The position numbers and the translations under genes are program-made. From Phoronis australis (Eukaryota; Animalia; Phoronida), in contig NMRA01000407.1 in the NCBI GenBank assembly GCA_002633005.1, positions 347,162 through 411,161 of the forward strand: 64,000 bases of DNA, written 5' to 3'. The notes under the pieces were generated by a model. That model worked only from the letters and a program-made list of their open reading frames with translations, did not search any database and was not told the DNA's origin. Below, in pieces: positions 52,401 through 64,000 of this stretch (the first letter of the stretch is position 1; each line of letters opens with the position of its first letter).

Positions 52401-55400
52401 ACTAGGAGGCGCCACAGTAGTCGAAATCGTCGGAAAATCATCGTCAACCGTCCTCTACATAGTAAGCATATACATGCCAATTTTCACAATCATCCTTTGA
52501 GCGGTTTGGTTGATAGAGGGGTGGACGCACAAAAACAGACTCGAAAACACTAAAAATGGCCACTAGGTGGCGCAAACTATGTCGAATCCATCTGAAAACG
52601 GGAGGATAGCGTCATCTCACTAATAGGTGCCTACATACCAAATTTCATGAAAATCCAATAAGGACTTGTGAAGATACAAAGGTAAGCGTAAAAAAATTAA
52701 AATTGCCACTAGGGGGCACACCGGTAGTCGGATCCGTCCAAAAGTCGTCATCTTCCGTTGTTAACATCATATAAATATACTTACACAATTTCGTAAAGAT
52801 CCTGCGAACGGTTTAGGAGATACAGCCATAGGCGCAAAAAAAACAAAACTGCCACTAGGAGGCGCCACAGTAGTCGAAATCGTCGGAAAATCATCGTCAA
52901 CCGTCCTCTACATAGTAAGCACATACATGCCAATTTTCACAATCATCCTTTGAGCGGTTTGGTTGATAGAGGGGTGGAAGCACAAAAACAGACTCGAAAA
53001 CAGGAAAAATGGCCACTAGGTGGCGCAAACTATGTCGAATCCATCCGAAAACGGCAGGATAGCGTCATCTCACTACTAGGTGCCTACATACCAAATTTCA
53101 TGAAAATCCGTTCAGGACTTTTGAAGATACAAAGGTAAGCGTAAAAAACTAAAATTGCCACTAGGGGGCACACCGGTAGTCGGATCCGTCCGAAAGTTCG
53201 CTCATGCCGTCCCATTCATTAATGAAACATATGTGCCAAATTTCATGAACGTATGTCAAAGGGTTTTGGAGATCGAGCAGCGGACACCGGACGCCGGACG
53301 GACGCCGCCCGGATGGACGGACGGACGGAGATGACGGCATAATGAGTCCACATATAAATATGTGGGCGCATAAAAATGCAGTAGAGCTTACTGATGCTGA
53401 AATACAGACAAAGTGCAGTAGAGCCCAGTTATGCTGAAATACAAAGTGCAGTAGAGCCCACTGATGTTGAAATACAGACAAAGTGCAGTAGAACTTGCTA
53501 TGTTAAAATACAGAAACAAGAGCAACCTGAAGCGTTGAAATTCGCCCACAAATGTACTGCAAATGGTGTGCTTCTATGGATGTTTATTTGTCTCATAAAA
53601 AAGGCAACTAGATAGCTCAAAATATGTCGAATCCATCCGTAACAAGAACATACCATCGTTTCCTAATTGAAAGCTATTAACCAAATTTCATAAAAATCGT
53701 CATCGAACTTCAGAGAAACGAGAGGAAAAAGGAAAAAAATGAAATTGTCAGTAGGGGGCACAGCGTTTGTAGGATCCATCTGAAAGTCGTCGTTGTCACC
53801 TTCATATAAATACACCTGTTAAATTTAATTAAGAGCCTGCAGCAGGTTTAGGAGATACAGCTATGGGTTTAGGAGATACAGCAGCGGACGCTGTACGGCG
53901 GACGTCCAGACAGAGATGATGGCAATATGCACCCTCATATAAATATGTGGGTGCATAAATATGCAACAGAACTCCCTGGTGTTGAAATACAAACAAAGTG
54001 CAGTAGAGCTCACTGATGCTGAAATACAGACAAAATGCAGTAGAGCTCACTGATGTTGAAATACAGACAAAATGCAGTAGAACTTGCTGATGCTAAAATA
54101 CAGACAAAGTGTAGTAGAACTTGCTGATGCTGAAATACAGACAAAATGCAGTAGAGCTCACTGATGCTGAAATACAGACAAAGTGCAGTAGAGCTTGCTG
54201 CACTCTTGCTTTTTGAAGTCACAGTTTGCAACATCTCAAAATTGTCACAGGGAAGTCAAAATTGTCACAATTTTTGGTGCTTTTTGCACATATGCGAGAC
54301 ACAATATTTGACAGTGATACTGATGAATTCCATAAATTTGCAATTTGATGCAGCATAACATGACTGTAAGCCAAACAGAACACTAACGGCCTACTTGGCT
54401 CACCAGATTACAATACATATTTGACAGAATTCGCAAAATGTCACAGAGTTTCAGGCACGTGTCACAGAATGTCATAATGTTAGAGGGAATGTATTCTCTA
54501 ATTATGAAAAATACCAATGATCATAATTGACTCTTTTCCCAAAAAGTAACTACTCCTGTCCACAGAGTCATACTTAACATCAAGTGACTAAGTCATTAAA
54601 GATAAATTCTGACCTGAACTTTGCGTAACAAATGGCTTTAGTTGGCATGCTTGAGCCAGTCTAGGGATAATGCACGTTGCATTACTAGTACTCTAAACAC
54701 TGGAATTGTTTTCCATAATTATACCCTCTTCAAGAGCATACAATTATATTAAACACATGCACTGTAATGGAGCACTGTGGACCAGCTATGCCTTCCAAAA
54801 CACATTTTCCCTACCTATGCATGAAGTGGCAACTGGACATGCTGGCGACACCAAAAATCTCTCTAACACGGCATAAACGGAGGAAACTCACCTCCCAAAC
54901 TTACAAATACAGTCTTAAAGAGTCTCTGTATCTCAACAGTATGGGTGACACCCGCATTTCGACTTCAGTGCCCGCTAACTTGGACACGCCAGTTGAAGTC
55001 ATTGATTGGGGATTATCGATATAATAATGACAACATGGTCCCGCTGTGAAGTATATTTCCAATCAGAACGTTGTCAGGAAAATTTTAAATATCGTAGTTT
55101 TGAACAGATTTTTATCACACCAGCGATATTTATATCAAAATAAAGCTTGTTTATTTTAATTTTCAATGCAAGACTATATTTCTTTGTTACACATGGCGCA
55201 AATGTGCGTATGAGAATACGCAGGCTAAAGTCTTGTGCAATCTAAATGGCGCCGACATTTCCGCTGGTGTTGTAGGATGACGCTGGCGATTGCTCCACCA
55301 TTTTTGCTGAAATATGCTCTGGGTTATTTAAATGATATGTTAGTGGTCATCTGATAATTAGTATATGAATAGCAGAATATTTAAACGTGAAATTGGAAAA

Positions 55401-58400
55401 CAGAACAAGTCGAACTGAAGTCAATCCACACAGAAATGACCGTGTGTTGCTTACAACGTCAACAGAGATCTAGTTTCAATTGTGAAACACGAGCCAGAAG
55501 TAATAATCATGATTAATTCTATTTATGATGACAAACAAGGGTGATCAGGCACCAGTGTATATTATCAAACGCAGGAAGCTGGAACTAACTTCTGACTTAC
55601 CAGTTGAACCTAATGGACTTCTCACTATAGATTTTTACATTATACAAACAGTGGAAGTATCCTGTCAGTGAATTGTGTACAATACTTTTTTCAACTGAAA
55701 ATTAATTTACCGTAGCATGTCTTGAAACTTTCAACTTATTTCCTCTGTTACTTACAATTACATGGTGAATGTGTATGACTGGTAGATTGCCAAAATTTCA
55801 CTCCAATGCTTGTATTTTCCAATACTTGCAGAATGACAAGCTTTATTTTGTATACTACATATTATAAAGACTAAAGAAAGAAATAACTTTCTTATTTATC
55901 AACCAAGTTTGGAAAATGAAGCATCAATTTTCTTCACTTCGCACCATCAGAATTGTTGTTTAAATCCTTTAATGAATCACTTGGTGGTACCTAATTAAAC
56001 GCAGAATACTCCCAAGGAGAGATATTCAACAAAAATTGAACGTAAAATAGGTCACAAAGATTACATTTCTGGCCTGAGGTATCCGAAAAGTTCCGAGATG
56101 AACAGGAATGCAATGAAGAAGACACAGCTGACAGAGATGATGGCCCCAGTCCACGTGGGTTGTGTTAGGTCCTTGGGGATCTTCCTGTAGACGTCAAATC
56201 TGAAACAAATCCCGACTAATGACAATGGTCACATCTGGTGAACTACATTAAATGTGTTTCCCTGCTATTTATCCATCCAATGTTTAAATGTGTCAAAATG
56301 CCAGAAACCAGGCCCAGGGGGATTCCAATTTCTAGAACGATGGACCTTTGATATTTTGCAAACGTCGACACCATAGAGTTTTCAGTAAGGCCTTTGACAC
56401 AGCTAAATTAGGGTGAAGGGAAAGCTGTATCCACAATGATGACTCTCTGTTCTATGTCCCTGAGATGAGACACAATTTGTAATAACAAAAATGAGGATGC
56501 TGTGACAGTTGATCGCAAAGGGCTCAAATTCCGATGTAAGGTGGTCAAGAAAGAGAACATTCTCGCAGTACCTCCTCATAAAATTTCAAATCAGATATGC
56601 TTAAATGAGTGACTACACCTCCTTACATACTTGGAAGTAAATATGAAGTTAAGAAGGAGATTGACTTGACGAAATTGTTTATCTGGCTGTATTTTTGCGT
56701 GTTACTTAGTAAGTTGCTTGCATCACTGGAAATGGGAACAGCCCAGTATTTCGAAGGTTCACTACTCCGAAGGCTCACTATTCCGAAGGTTCACTACTTT
56801 GAAGATTCACTACTCCGAAGGTTCACTGCACCGTAAATATGTAAACTTTCAGACTTAGGTTTAATTTCTATATAAAATCATGCAAAAATAAATGATACTT
56901 CAGTTATTAGATGCACTGAGTGGTGTACCTATACCGAAAACAATGCCCAAGTACTAAAACACTTTGTTTGGATTTCATACGCGTGCGAAATTGCCTACAT
57001 GTGTTGATATGGAAAATGTGTACGTACTCGCACTTTTAAAAGAATATGAATTAGGAATATCGATGAATTATCAACCACAAAATATTAATCAAATCCATGT
57101 CAAGATCACATCACAGCGAGACTGAAAAGTTTAGGACCGCTGCGCCTCAACCTCACCCACCGGAACCACGTGCACACTCAAGTCAAAACTAAATGTAATT
57201 AGTAGGCCACTCTGTCCCTGTCGGTCTTCACGAAGTTAGGGAGTCCCATTCAGTCTTCTTTAACTTGAAATCGCCACTGGTCGCCGCAGCCCTGACCCTT
57301 GCGCCAGATGTTGTCCCTGCTTGAGAATGAGTCGTGAACAAACAATCAAGAGTAATAAACTGCCAGAGTTTGACTTTCGGGAATTGTGGAAATTCAAAGG
57401 AGTGAATTTTTGGAGCAGTGGACCTTCGGAGTAGTGCACCTTCGGTGTAGTGAAATGTAACCTAAAAAATCTTTGACATTAACTTTGTTGCTCGTATGAA
57501 GTCTGCGGGGCTGTGCACGATTGACACTGATTGACAAGAGAAGACTTTCTTCACTGACCAAAGTTGAGGTGTATGCCTACTTTTCCTTAATAAAGTGAAA
57601 ATCCTCGAATGGTTTTTCTCAGTGCAAGAAAACACGATGTTTGAATGTCTGCAGATTGAGCACAACGGAGGACTGTCTACAGTGAAATGTCAGCGTGTAC
57701 TAAATTTAAAAGAACATTAACGCACACACCTGTACACGCATACATGTCAATCCACCAATCCACAATCAAAGTGGACACTGGATGAACAACATTTCTGAAA
57801 TCACTTTCAATTCAAAATTTGAAAATGCCTGCAATTTACCGTACTACTCCGATAGCAATTAAAACAAAACAACAGAATAACAAATCTCAATTTTTTGTTG
57901 TTTTGTTTCTTGGCATTCACACCGCACTACTTTTTGGGAGGTCTCTTGTTGCTATATAGTTTACTTAGGTCATAAGGGAGGAGTTCTATGTCTAGGTATA
58001 GAAGTTCATTTCTAGGCTCCCTTGTTACCCGTTGGTGTAGTCACCACGTGTGTTCAATACTGACAAATAACATAAAGGTTCCTCTTATCATTTGCATGAT
58101 TCTGTCATCTCCACAAATGCCACTCTGGTGAAGTTGGCCGGGTACCACCCGATGCCATGTGAAACGCTTTGAATCAGAATTAAATTCAAAATTATAATTA
58201 ACTTATATTGTAGTTAGTACCAGTAGCTGCAATGATTTTGTTGTTGTTGCTGTCCATCTATATCCTTTCCTTAACAGGGGGGGGCTGGACCTTTCCCGCC
58301 CGGGGGGAGGGCTCAATCGAAATCTTCCCCCCGGATACAGGACTGGAAACAATATTTTGTATCGATAATGACACATTATACACAAGCCCTAAATTTCAAA

Positions 58401-59674
58401 TTGTCATTTTTCACCAAATTAAACAATAACATGCAAATTTGAACCCAGAAACTTTTCGAATTTGAATGAATGAGATGGAAAACGTTTAAAACTAAAATTG
58501 CTAGGTGAAAGTACGCATGAATTCTTTTTGTAAAGCTACACCTAAGGGTCCACTAGGGGGCACAGTGGTAAGCGGATTCGTCTCAAGTCATTCCTATCTG
58601 GTGTCCCTTTCTCAGAAATACACTTGTGCAATTTATCCAAGTTCCTGCAAGGTGTTCACGAGATACAGCTGCAGACGCAAAAAGAATACCACTACTAAGC
58701 GCAACAAAATTCCTCGCCAGTCGTCCTCTCCCCAGTAGGGACGGATATACCAATTTTCATAGTCATCTTTACAGTGGTTTGGATGATACAGTGATGCGAA
58801 TGCCAACAAACAGATACAAAAACAGTAGAAACAACTACTAGGTGGAGTAGAACATGCTGAATCCAACTGAAAACAAGTCAAGAAGGCCACCTCCTTGATA
58901 GATACCTATTTACTAAATTTCATGGAAATCCCTTAAGGAACTCGCAAAAATACACAGACAACATAAAAATAAAATTGCCATTAGGGGGCACAGCAGTAAT
59001 GTTGGAGCCGCTGCGAAATTGATTCATGTCGTCCCCAGAATGATTGGAAAGAATCTAAAATTTTCAAGCACATCAATCAAGGGTGTATGCCTGTATGGAA
59101 GGACACAAAGCAGACGGGGATAATTTTATTGATTTATTAGTAATGTTTACAATATTTTACAAGGAGAGTAGCCCCATCAGTTCACATTGCTTCCATAGTC
59201 CACCCACTTATTTGGGTGCACAAAAAGTACGACACAAACTTTATTGGCAGGGGCACTGGTCGTATATAGCGCACCCCTTATTCAGTGCAAGAAACTGGTT
59301 CTCAGAATCGGGGATATATCCGACCAGTAGGCCTACTATTATCAGGTAAGTCTGAACTTGTTGGGCTTTCTGATTTTCAGTATCATTCTAGTCATTGCCA
59401 GCTGCCAGCTGGAAAGTTACCAATGAGGTCTACCACCGCTTGCTCTGGTCTTTAGGGCAGCATGGGCCAACTTTGCAGACCCTCAGGCTTCACTCAGCCC
59501 ACGCTTCACTGTCGCCGACACAGGGACACTAAGACTTAAGTAAGTTTATTTGTCAATTCATTACGCGTAAGAAATTCATGCAGCATCGTCTACCTCTCAA
59601 TAATATTGCACTTCCGAAATCTGCAGGTCACAATCAGATACGGATAGGACTCACCTACGCAAATCAAAAACCAT
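40489..59674 (-). CDS. ERGIC1: ER-Golgi intermediate compartment protein 1; coding exons 59674-59655, 56199-56065, 51346-51252, 49843-49719, 48570-48463, 43332-43272, 42526-42426, 41039-40914, 40596-40489
   Basis: MVFDLRRFDVYRKIPKDLTQPTWTGAIIS, SELYVDDP, VGLDIQDDLGRHDVG, NKVPGNFHVSTHSA, PGSFNPL, HDYFLKVVPTVYED, PAIWFRYDMSPITVKYTERRKPFYSFLTTVCAIVGGTFTVAGIIDS...KAELGKLS*. All junctions are GT-AG and in phase. Confidence 0.96.
45891..47550 (-). mobile_element. Kolobok-like non-autonomous DNA transposon with degraded THAP domain
   Basis: TTAA on both sides. TIRs AGGAGCATACCACCC / GGGTGGCATTCTCCT. THAP-like remnant FF.LPRESEMLRKWL..VK...HLHVFC at 47148-47384 (minus). Confidence 0.8.
49247..49363. 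repeat. 23-bp minisatellite, about 5 copies
   Basis: Unit TTACACTGACCCATATTTCATA plus one base. Confidence 0.9.
51113..51226. repeat. 12-bp minisatellite next to the ERGIC1 exon 3 donor
   Basis: Unit CACTCAACATGT with variants. Confidence 0.9.
51396..53374 (+). mobile_element. Helentron-associated (HINE/pearl-like) element with an internal satellite of about 450 bp x3
   Basis: Starts AACAAG. Subterminal inverted repeat ATGCGCCCAC (51421) / GTGGGCGCAT (53362). Tandem core 51800-53190, (CGGA)n microsatellite 53281-53330, terminal hairpin CCACATAT-AA-ATATGTGG. Confidence 0.8.
53375..54200 (-). repeat. 37-bp tandem copies of the ERGIC1 exon 3 splice acceptor (interrupted by a HINE-like insert)
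   Basis: Unit GCTCACTGATGCTGAAATACAGACAAAATGCAGTAGA is identical to 51336-51372, which overlaps the real acceptor at 51347/51346. Confidence 0.92.
53515..53958 (+). mobile_element. Second, shorter and more diverged copy of the same HINE-like family
   Basis: AACAAGAGCAACCTGAAGCGTTGAAATTCGCCCAC ... CATATAAATATGTGGGTGCATAAA, with partial core repeat. Confidence 0.75.
56745..57462. mobile_element. MITE whose TIRs are built from 18-bp tandem subrepeats
   Basis: (TCCGAAGGTTCACTAC..)n at 56750-56833 mirrored by (GTAGTGCACCTTCGGA..)n at about 57400-57455. Confidence 0.7.
58380..59225 (+). mobile_element. Diverged HINE-like copy in ERGIC1 intron 1 (5' boundary uncertain)
   Basis: Core-repeat motifs CCACTAGGGGGCAC, GAGATACAG, CCAATTTTCATAGTCATC, AAATTTCATG and terminal CACCCACTTATTTGGGTGCACAAAAA. 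Confidence 0.6.
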
Positions 59675-62600
59675 TTTACGGATAAGATAGCAAACTTGTG
59701 CAGGACTACACGACGACTCTACTTCTATTCGTCCACGTTTAGTTTTCGCAAACTTCCTGTGTACAACTTGCTTGCGCAAACTTGATTGGATATGAGATTT
59801 GTTGGACTGGTCCATTACGTCGATGTAATAATATCTTTTCAACCAAAACTTCTTAGTTGTTTAAGGTCCGTCAAAGTGTAATATATGTACAACTCCCGAT
59901 TTCATTATAACACTGTGCTAAATAAGAGAGACGAACATAAAATTAACAAGCCTAAATCAAAACGGAACATCCTGTCACCCCTACATTGATTCTTCCCAGC
60001 TTTTTTACATCCTTGCACAGTCGATCTCTTTCAAAGAAAGTACGGGTTCCAAATCAAAACAAATTGACACGGTTTTTCAACGAAGATTTTGCCATGATTA
60101 TGTTAATTGAAATCAACGCTTCAAGATACTATAAAAGGTCAAAGAAAGTCACTATTTCCGGTCGCATGAAGTCAGTGGTCACGTGGTAGCTCATTCATAA
60201 AATTAGATTGCTCATTATCATACGACACGTCCGTAGTCGTAGTAAACATCGTGGATGGCGCGGTTAACGTGGGATTACTAATCCAGAATTCACCCTCCCT
60301 CCTGTGTCATAATACAAGTGAATTGGTCACCACCGAACATCCTATGACGTTGAAGGTAAGAGCTAAATTAAGATATGATTCTATATTAAATATTTGCTAT
60401 TAGCTGGTTAGTTATTCATAGTGTACAATTTTCGCGTACAGTGATTTCCCATTTTGAAAGTCGCAAATCGGTCAAGTTCAGTTATCATCTGGGATACAAC
60501 AGATGCGGGAGGTGGAAAAGGCCAATGAAGGTTGGTGTATTTTAAATTTTGTCGTCAGTTTAATTTTGATTAAAAGTGGGAATGAACGAAAGATAAGTGT
60601 AGAATATATATCCGAGTGACGGCATCGTTTGCTCCGGGGAATTGTCAATCGCTGAGTGATCAGGCTAAGAAGACTCGTCAGGCTAGCTCAATTAGTTTTA
60701 GTGGTACCTTTATCCCATTGTATCGAAGGTGCACTGCCATAAACGTATGCAGACAGTCCCGGATTGTAACTAATCCTCCGGGGGATCGAATGCACAATGC
60801 ATAGGCCTTGAACAAACCCCGTTTTTTTTAGTAATAAGGTCCTAAACCCTAACAAACTACGCATAGTTGGCAACACTTGAAAGCGTCAGCCGCAACACCC
60901 GGGATCGCCAGTACGTCGTTTTTTAGTCAAGCGGAAAATTATGAGTACATTGTGCTCGGTAACTACCCCCCTGTACTGTAGGGTCTAATGTCCCGCGCAA
61001 GCTCGTCTCCTATCTAAGGGGAAAAGCAGACGATCAGGACACGCTGTCTGTGCATGAGTCATGAATGGACACTTTAGTACGATTTATGCCGAACAATACC
61101 GATCCCCGTATGTTTACTTTCTGTAATATTTTGAGTGGGTGATCGGATGAGTGTGTGACGACTTGGGATTTTTAGCAGGTCGCTGAACAAAATCTGAGGT
61201 CGTGTTGTCCACCTGCTGAAAGCTAAATCGAGTCCTATGTTATGTCCAGTTCAATCTTCTCGTCAAAACCGCAGAACTTGTGATCTATTTCGGAATTCAT
61301 TTTTCTTTGGAATTTGCCTCCCCTTGCTATTTCACCATGACAACATTGTTGTTGGGTAAGATTACTGAAACTGGTATACTCATACGAGAAGGAGTAGTAA
61401 GAAAAACATAACTAAGTTTTTACATCTAAATTAATCCAGCCATCTTTGTATGATGTTGTTATCGTTAATGGTTGGTGTGCCTATAACAGCGAATACAAAA
61501 AACAAGCTGGTCCCAACGTGTGACCTGGTATCACAACGATCCTCTGCAATAAAACGAGCCGGTTTAAGAAATATTTGCCCCTCATGGAGCCCCGATGTTG
61601 CACGAACCCCAAGTTGTAGCGCTGTAATGGATAATCACCGGCACTGTATACAGATTTTCAACCACCAATTTCCCTACGAAAGCGGGCCTATATGACAAAA
61701 TTCCGTACGGAAGGGTTCACTTTGAAAATTCGAAACTTTGCAAAAGGATTCTTTCGCCCGCTACACAAATCCGCACAAAACTTGTTTAACATTGTTTGTA
61801 TTTTAAAAACTTTGTTGAACAAAATGTATTCATTCTGGTTAAAAATAGCTATCCAAGAATCTCTATTACGTAAGGGTTAGGACAATGGAATTAACAACTG
61901 CAAAGGGTGGAGCATGTTTCTTTACAAAAGAACGATTTGTCATGTAAGCTGCCAACAAATGGTCTGTTTTAATCGAGTCTGTAAATCATTCGGTATCCAG
62001 CAGTACCGTGATTAAAGTTATAGTCGAGTACACCCCGGTAGCTGTCGACTGGTGCTATATTTTATATTTGGGAGTCGATGATTGTATTCCAGCTTATTGT
62101 ATGTTTAATAATGACAACACAATTGCAAGAAGTATCAGGAAAGCGGTGCTTTCGTCTATAAAGATTTTCATATGAAATTGGAGATTTACGAGCGTCAGTC
62201 ATATACCGAGATCAGAGAAGCCATTTATTTGGTCAAATATGGCGTTGCGGAATCTCAACTAAAGCGGTTAATTTTCCGGCAGTTTTGTTTGAAAAACGCA
62301 CCCTCGAGCTCAGCTTTGCGCTCTTTATTTCAGTCCCAACTCATTTCAGCAAACTTTCCCATTGTTCAGAATTTGTGTTTTTTTTGCTTCAAAAGTGGCA
62401 GCGCTTTCCGTTGCATTTTTTGCTTATCAATTTTTGTTTAAACCAATGAGAAGCTACTGTCACGTGAATTATTGATTGTCATCCATATGCAAATCAGACA
62501 ATTATTGATTGTCCCTCGCATGTAAATAATTCAACACTGTCGCCATTTTGTCGATATGATATATTTCCAACATTCTGCGGGTCCGCACCATGGATTATGA

Positions 62601-63060
62601 ATGTGGGTGACACTTCAATAGTCTCTGTTTTGTAACCTATCATAAAATTTTTTTAAGTTGCTATTCTATGCAAGTGCAAATATGTTTCAAAATCAAATTC
62701 GTCAGTGTGATGATTTTATGTTGTTGTTTTCGCTCAGAAATTCAGTGCTTAATATGTGGCTTTCAGTGACAGTTCGCATCTAAATCCTTCCGTCTTCAAG
62801 CGAGGAAGCCATGTGGACGGATTACAAGCCCGTTTCCGCGCGAATATCCCCTGACATCGTTATCGCACTCACTTCCTGACTTCCAGCCTTGAAATGCATG
62901 TTAATTGGCGCCCTAAAGCCCTTAATGAGCAATTGATAATTAATACGCTTTATTAATGCCAATCAGCGCTTATCAAACTGGGCAAAACTGCAGCACTAGC
63001 CCACGCAATACACACCAGCACACTTCGCTTATGATAAAGTAATCGTGGGTGTCTGTTATT

Positions 63061-63258
63061 GGCATGCCCAGCGGCCGGGGCCCGGAATTGAAAAATGTAT
63101 GTATGTCATGGTTTATTTTTTATTTTAGGTCTTGGAATCTGACGAAGAGATTTTTTATTTAATAATGTTCTACAAGACGAATGATTTTATCAATTCGTGA
63201 AGTTCTGACTGTCGAGTATTAATTTTCCAAACCCCGGGCCCCGGCCGCAGGACATGCC
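63061..63258. mobile_element. MITE of about 200 bp
   Basis: GGCATGCCCAGCGGCCGGGGCCCGG / CCGGGCCCCGGCCGCAGGACATGCC. Confidence 0.75.
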
Positions 63259-64000
63259 GATAAAAATGATTCCATGACCGCTCTTCTAAATTCCTGTTGA
63301 GATCTCAGACCAGCAAACACCAAACACACGGTACACATTATATAAAACTCACACATCGTGACAACTGAACTCCATACCAGGCGGTACCACATCATCTTAC
63401 GGATCTGGAATTTGGTTCCATGGTATGAAGTTTGCTTACGGTGTACGGAGTATTTTCGACGCGTGTGGAGTTTGGGGAAGCCGTGTGGGCTTTGTACCTC
63501 GGCCGGGTCTTGTGTTTGCTGTTTATGGGTTTAGGGGATAGAGGCTGGAATTTGAAGGCTCTGTCAAGGAATCGTTTCCAACTCCTGTTAATAGTTGGTC
63601 GGCGTTGTATTTTTGACTCATTCAAGGTTAACAATTTCCGGAACTCGTTGACCGTTACGAACAAGAACTGTATGTATTTAAATACAAGCATGCTCTCCCC
63701 GGAATTTCACATAATAATAACATATAATGGCGATTTTCATGTTATAGCTTGTTTTCGAGAATATAGGAAGTATAAACATATGGTAGGCCATTAAATGCTG
63801 CTGTAGTCATTCAAGAACTGACGTACTGTTTCTCTACCGCAACCCGGCCACTATAAACCACCAACCATCCACAAGATGAATAAAATAATCTGCGCGTTTG
63901 GGTGGAATTTTGAGATCGGTTCCGCCTACATGACTGCAGTTTGATTTACTTCCGCCAACATCCGGTATTTAAACATCGTGTTACTGATCGCACGTAGACC

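Noticed and set aside
60616-63794. Short ORFs in the last 3.5 kb
   Set aside because: No recognisable domains or coherent exon chain.

Overview
Eukaryotic (animal) genomic DNA, AT-rich and intron-rich. Gene content and repeat style suggest a marine invertebrate, possibly a non-vertebrate deuterostome (inference). I reconstructed four spliced genes by hand with consistent GT-AG phases: TMEM128 (minus, last exon not found in the window), a sideroflexin of the SFXN1/3 type (plus, 10 coding exons), SNRNP27 (plus, 6 coding exons) and ERGIC1 (minus, 9 coding exons). There is also an intron-containing tRNA-Arg(CCT). Introns and UTRs hold many mobile elements: a rearranged Penelope-like GIY-YIG retroelement, THAP-bearing ISL2EU-like and Kolobok-like DNA transposons, Helentron-type (HINE-like) elements with internal satellites, MITEs and a Gypsy remnant. 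The most unusual pattern is that two genes each carry tandem arrays of a 3' splice site plus the first bases of the exon, where only the most downstream copy gives the full protein. In ERGIC1 this array also holds two HINE-like insertions at the same position of the repeat unit. I see no evidence for a wholly new gene system.
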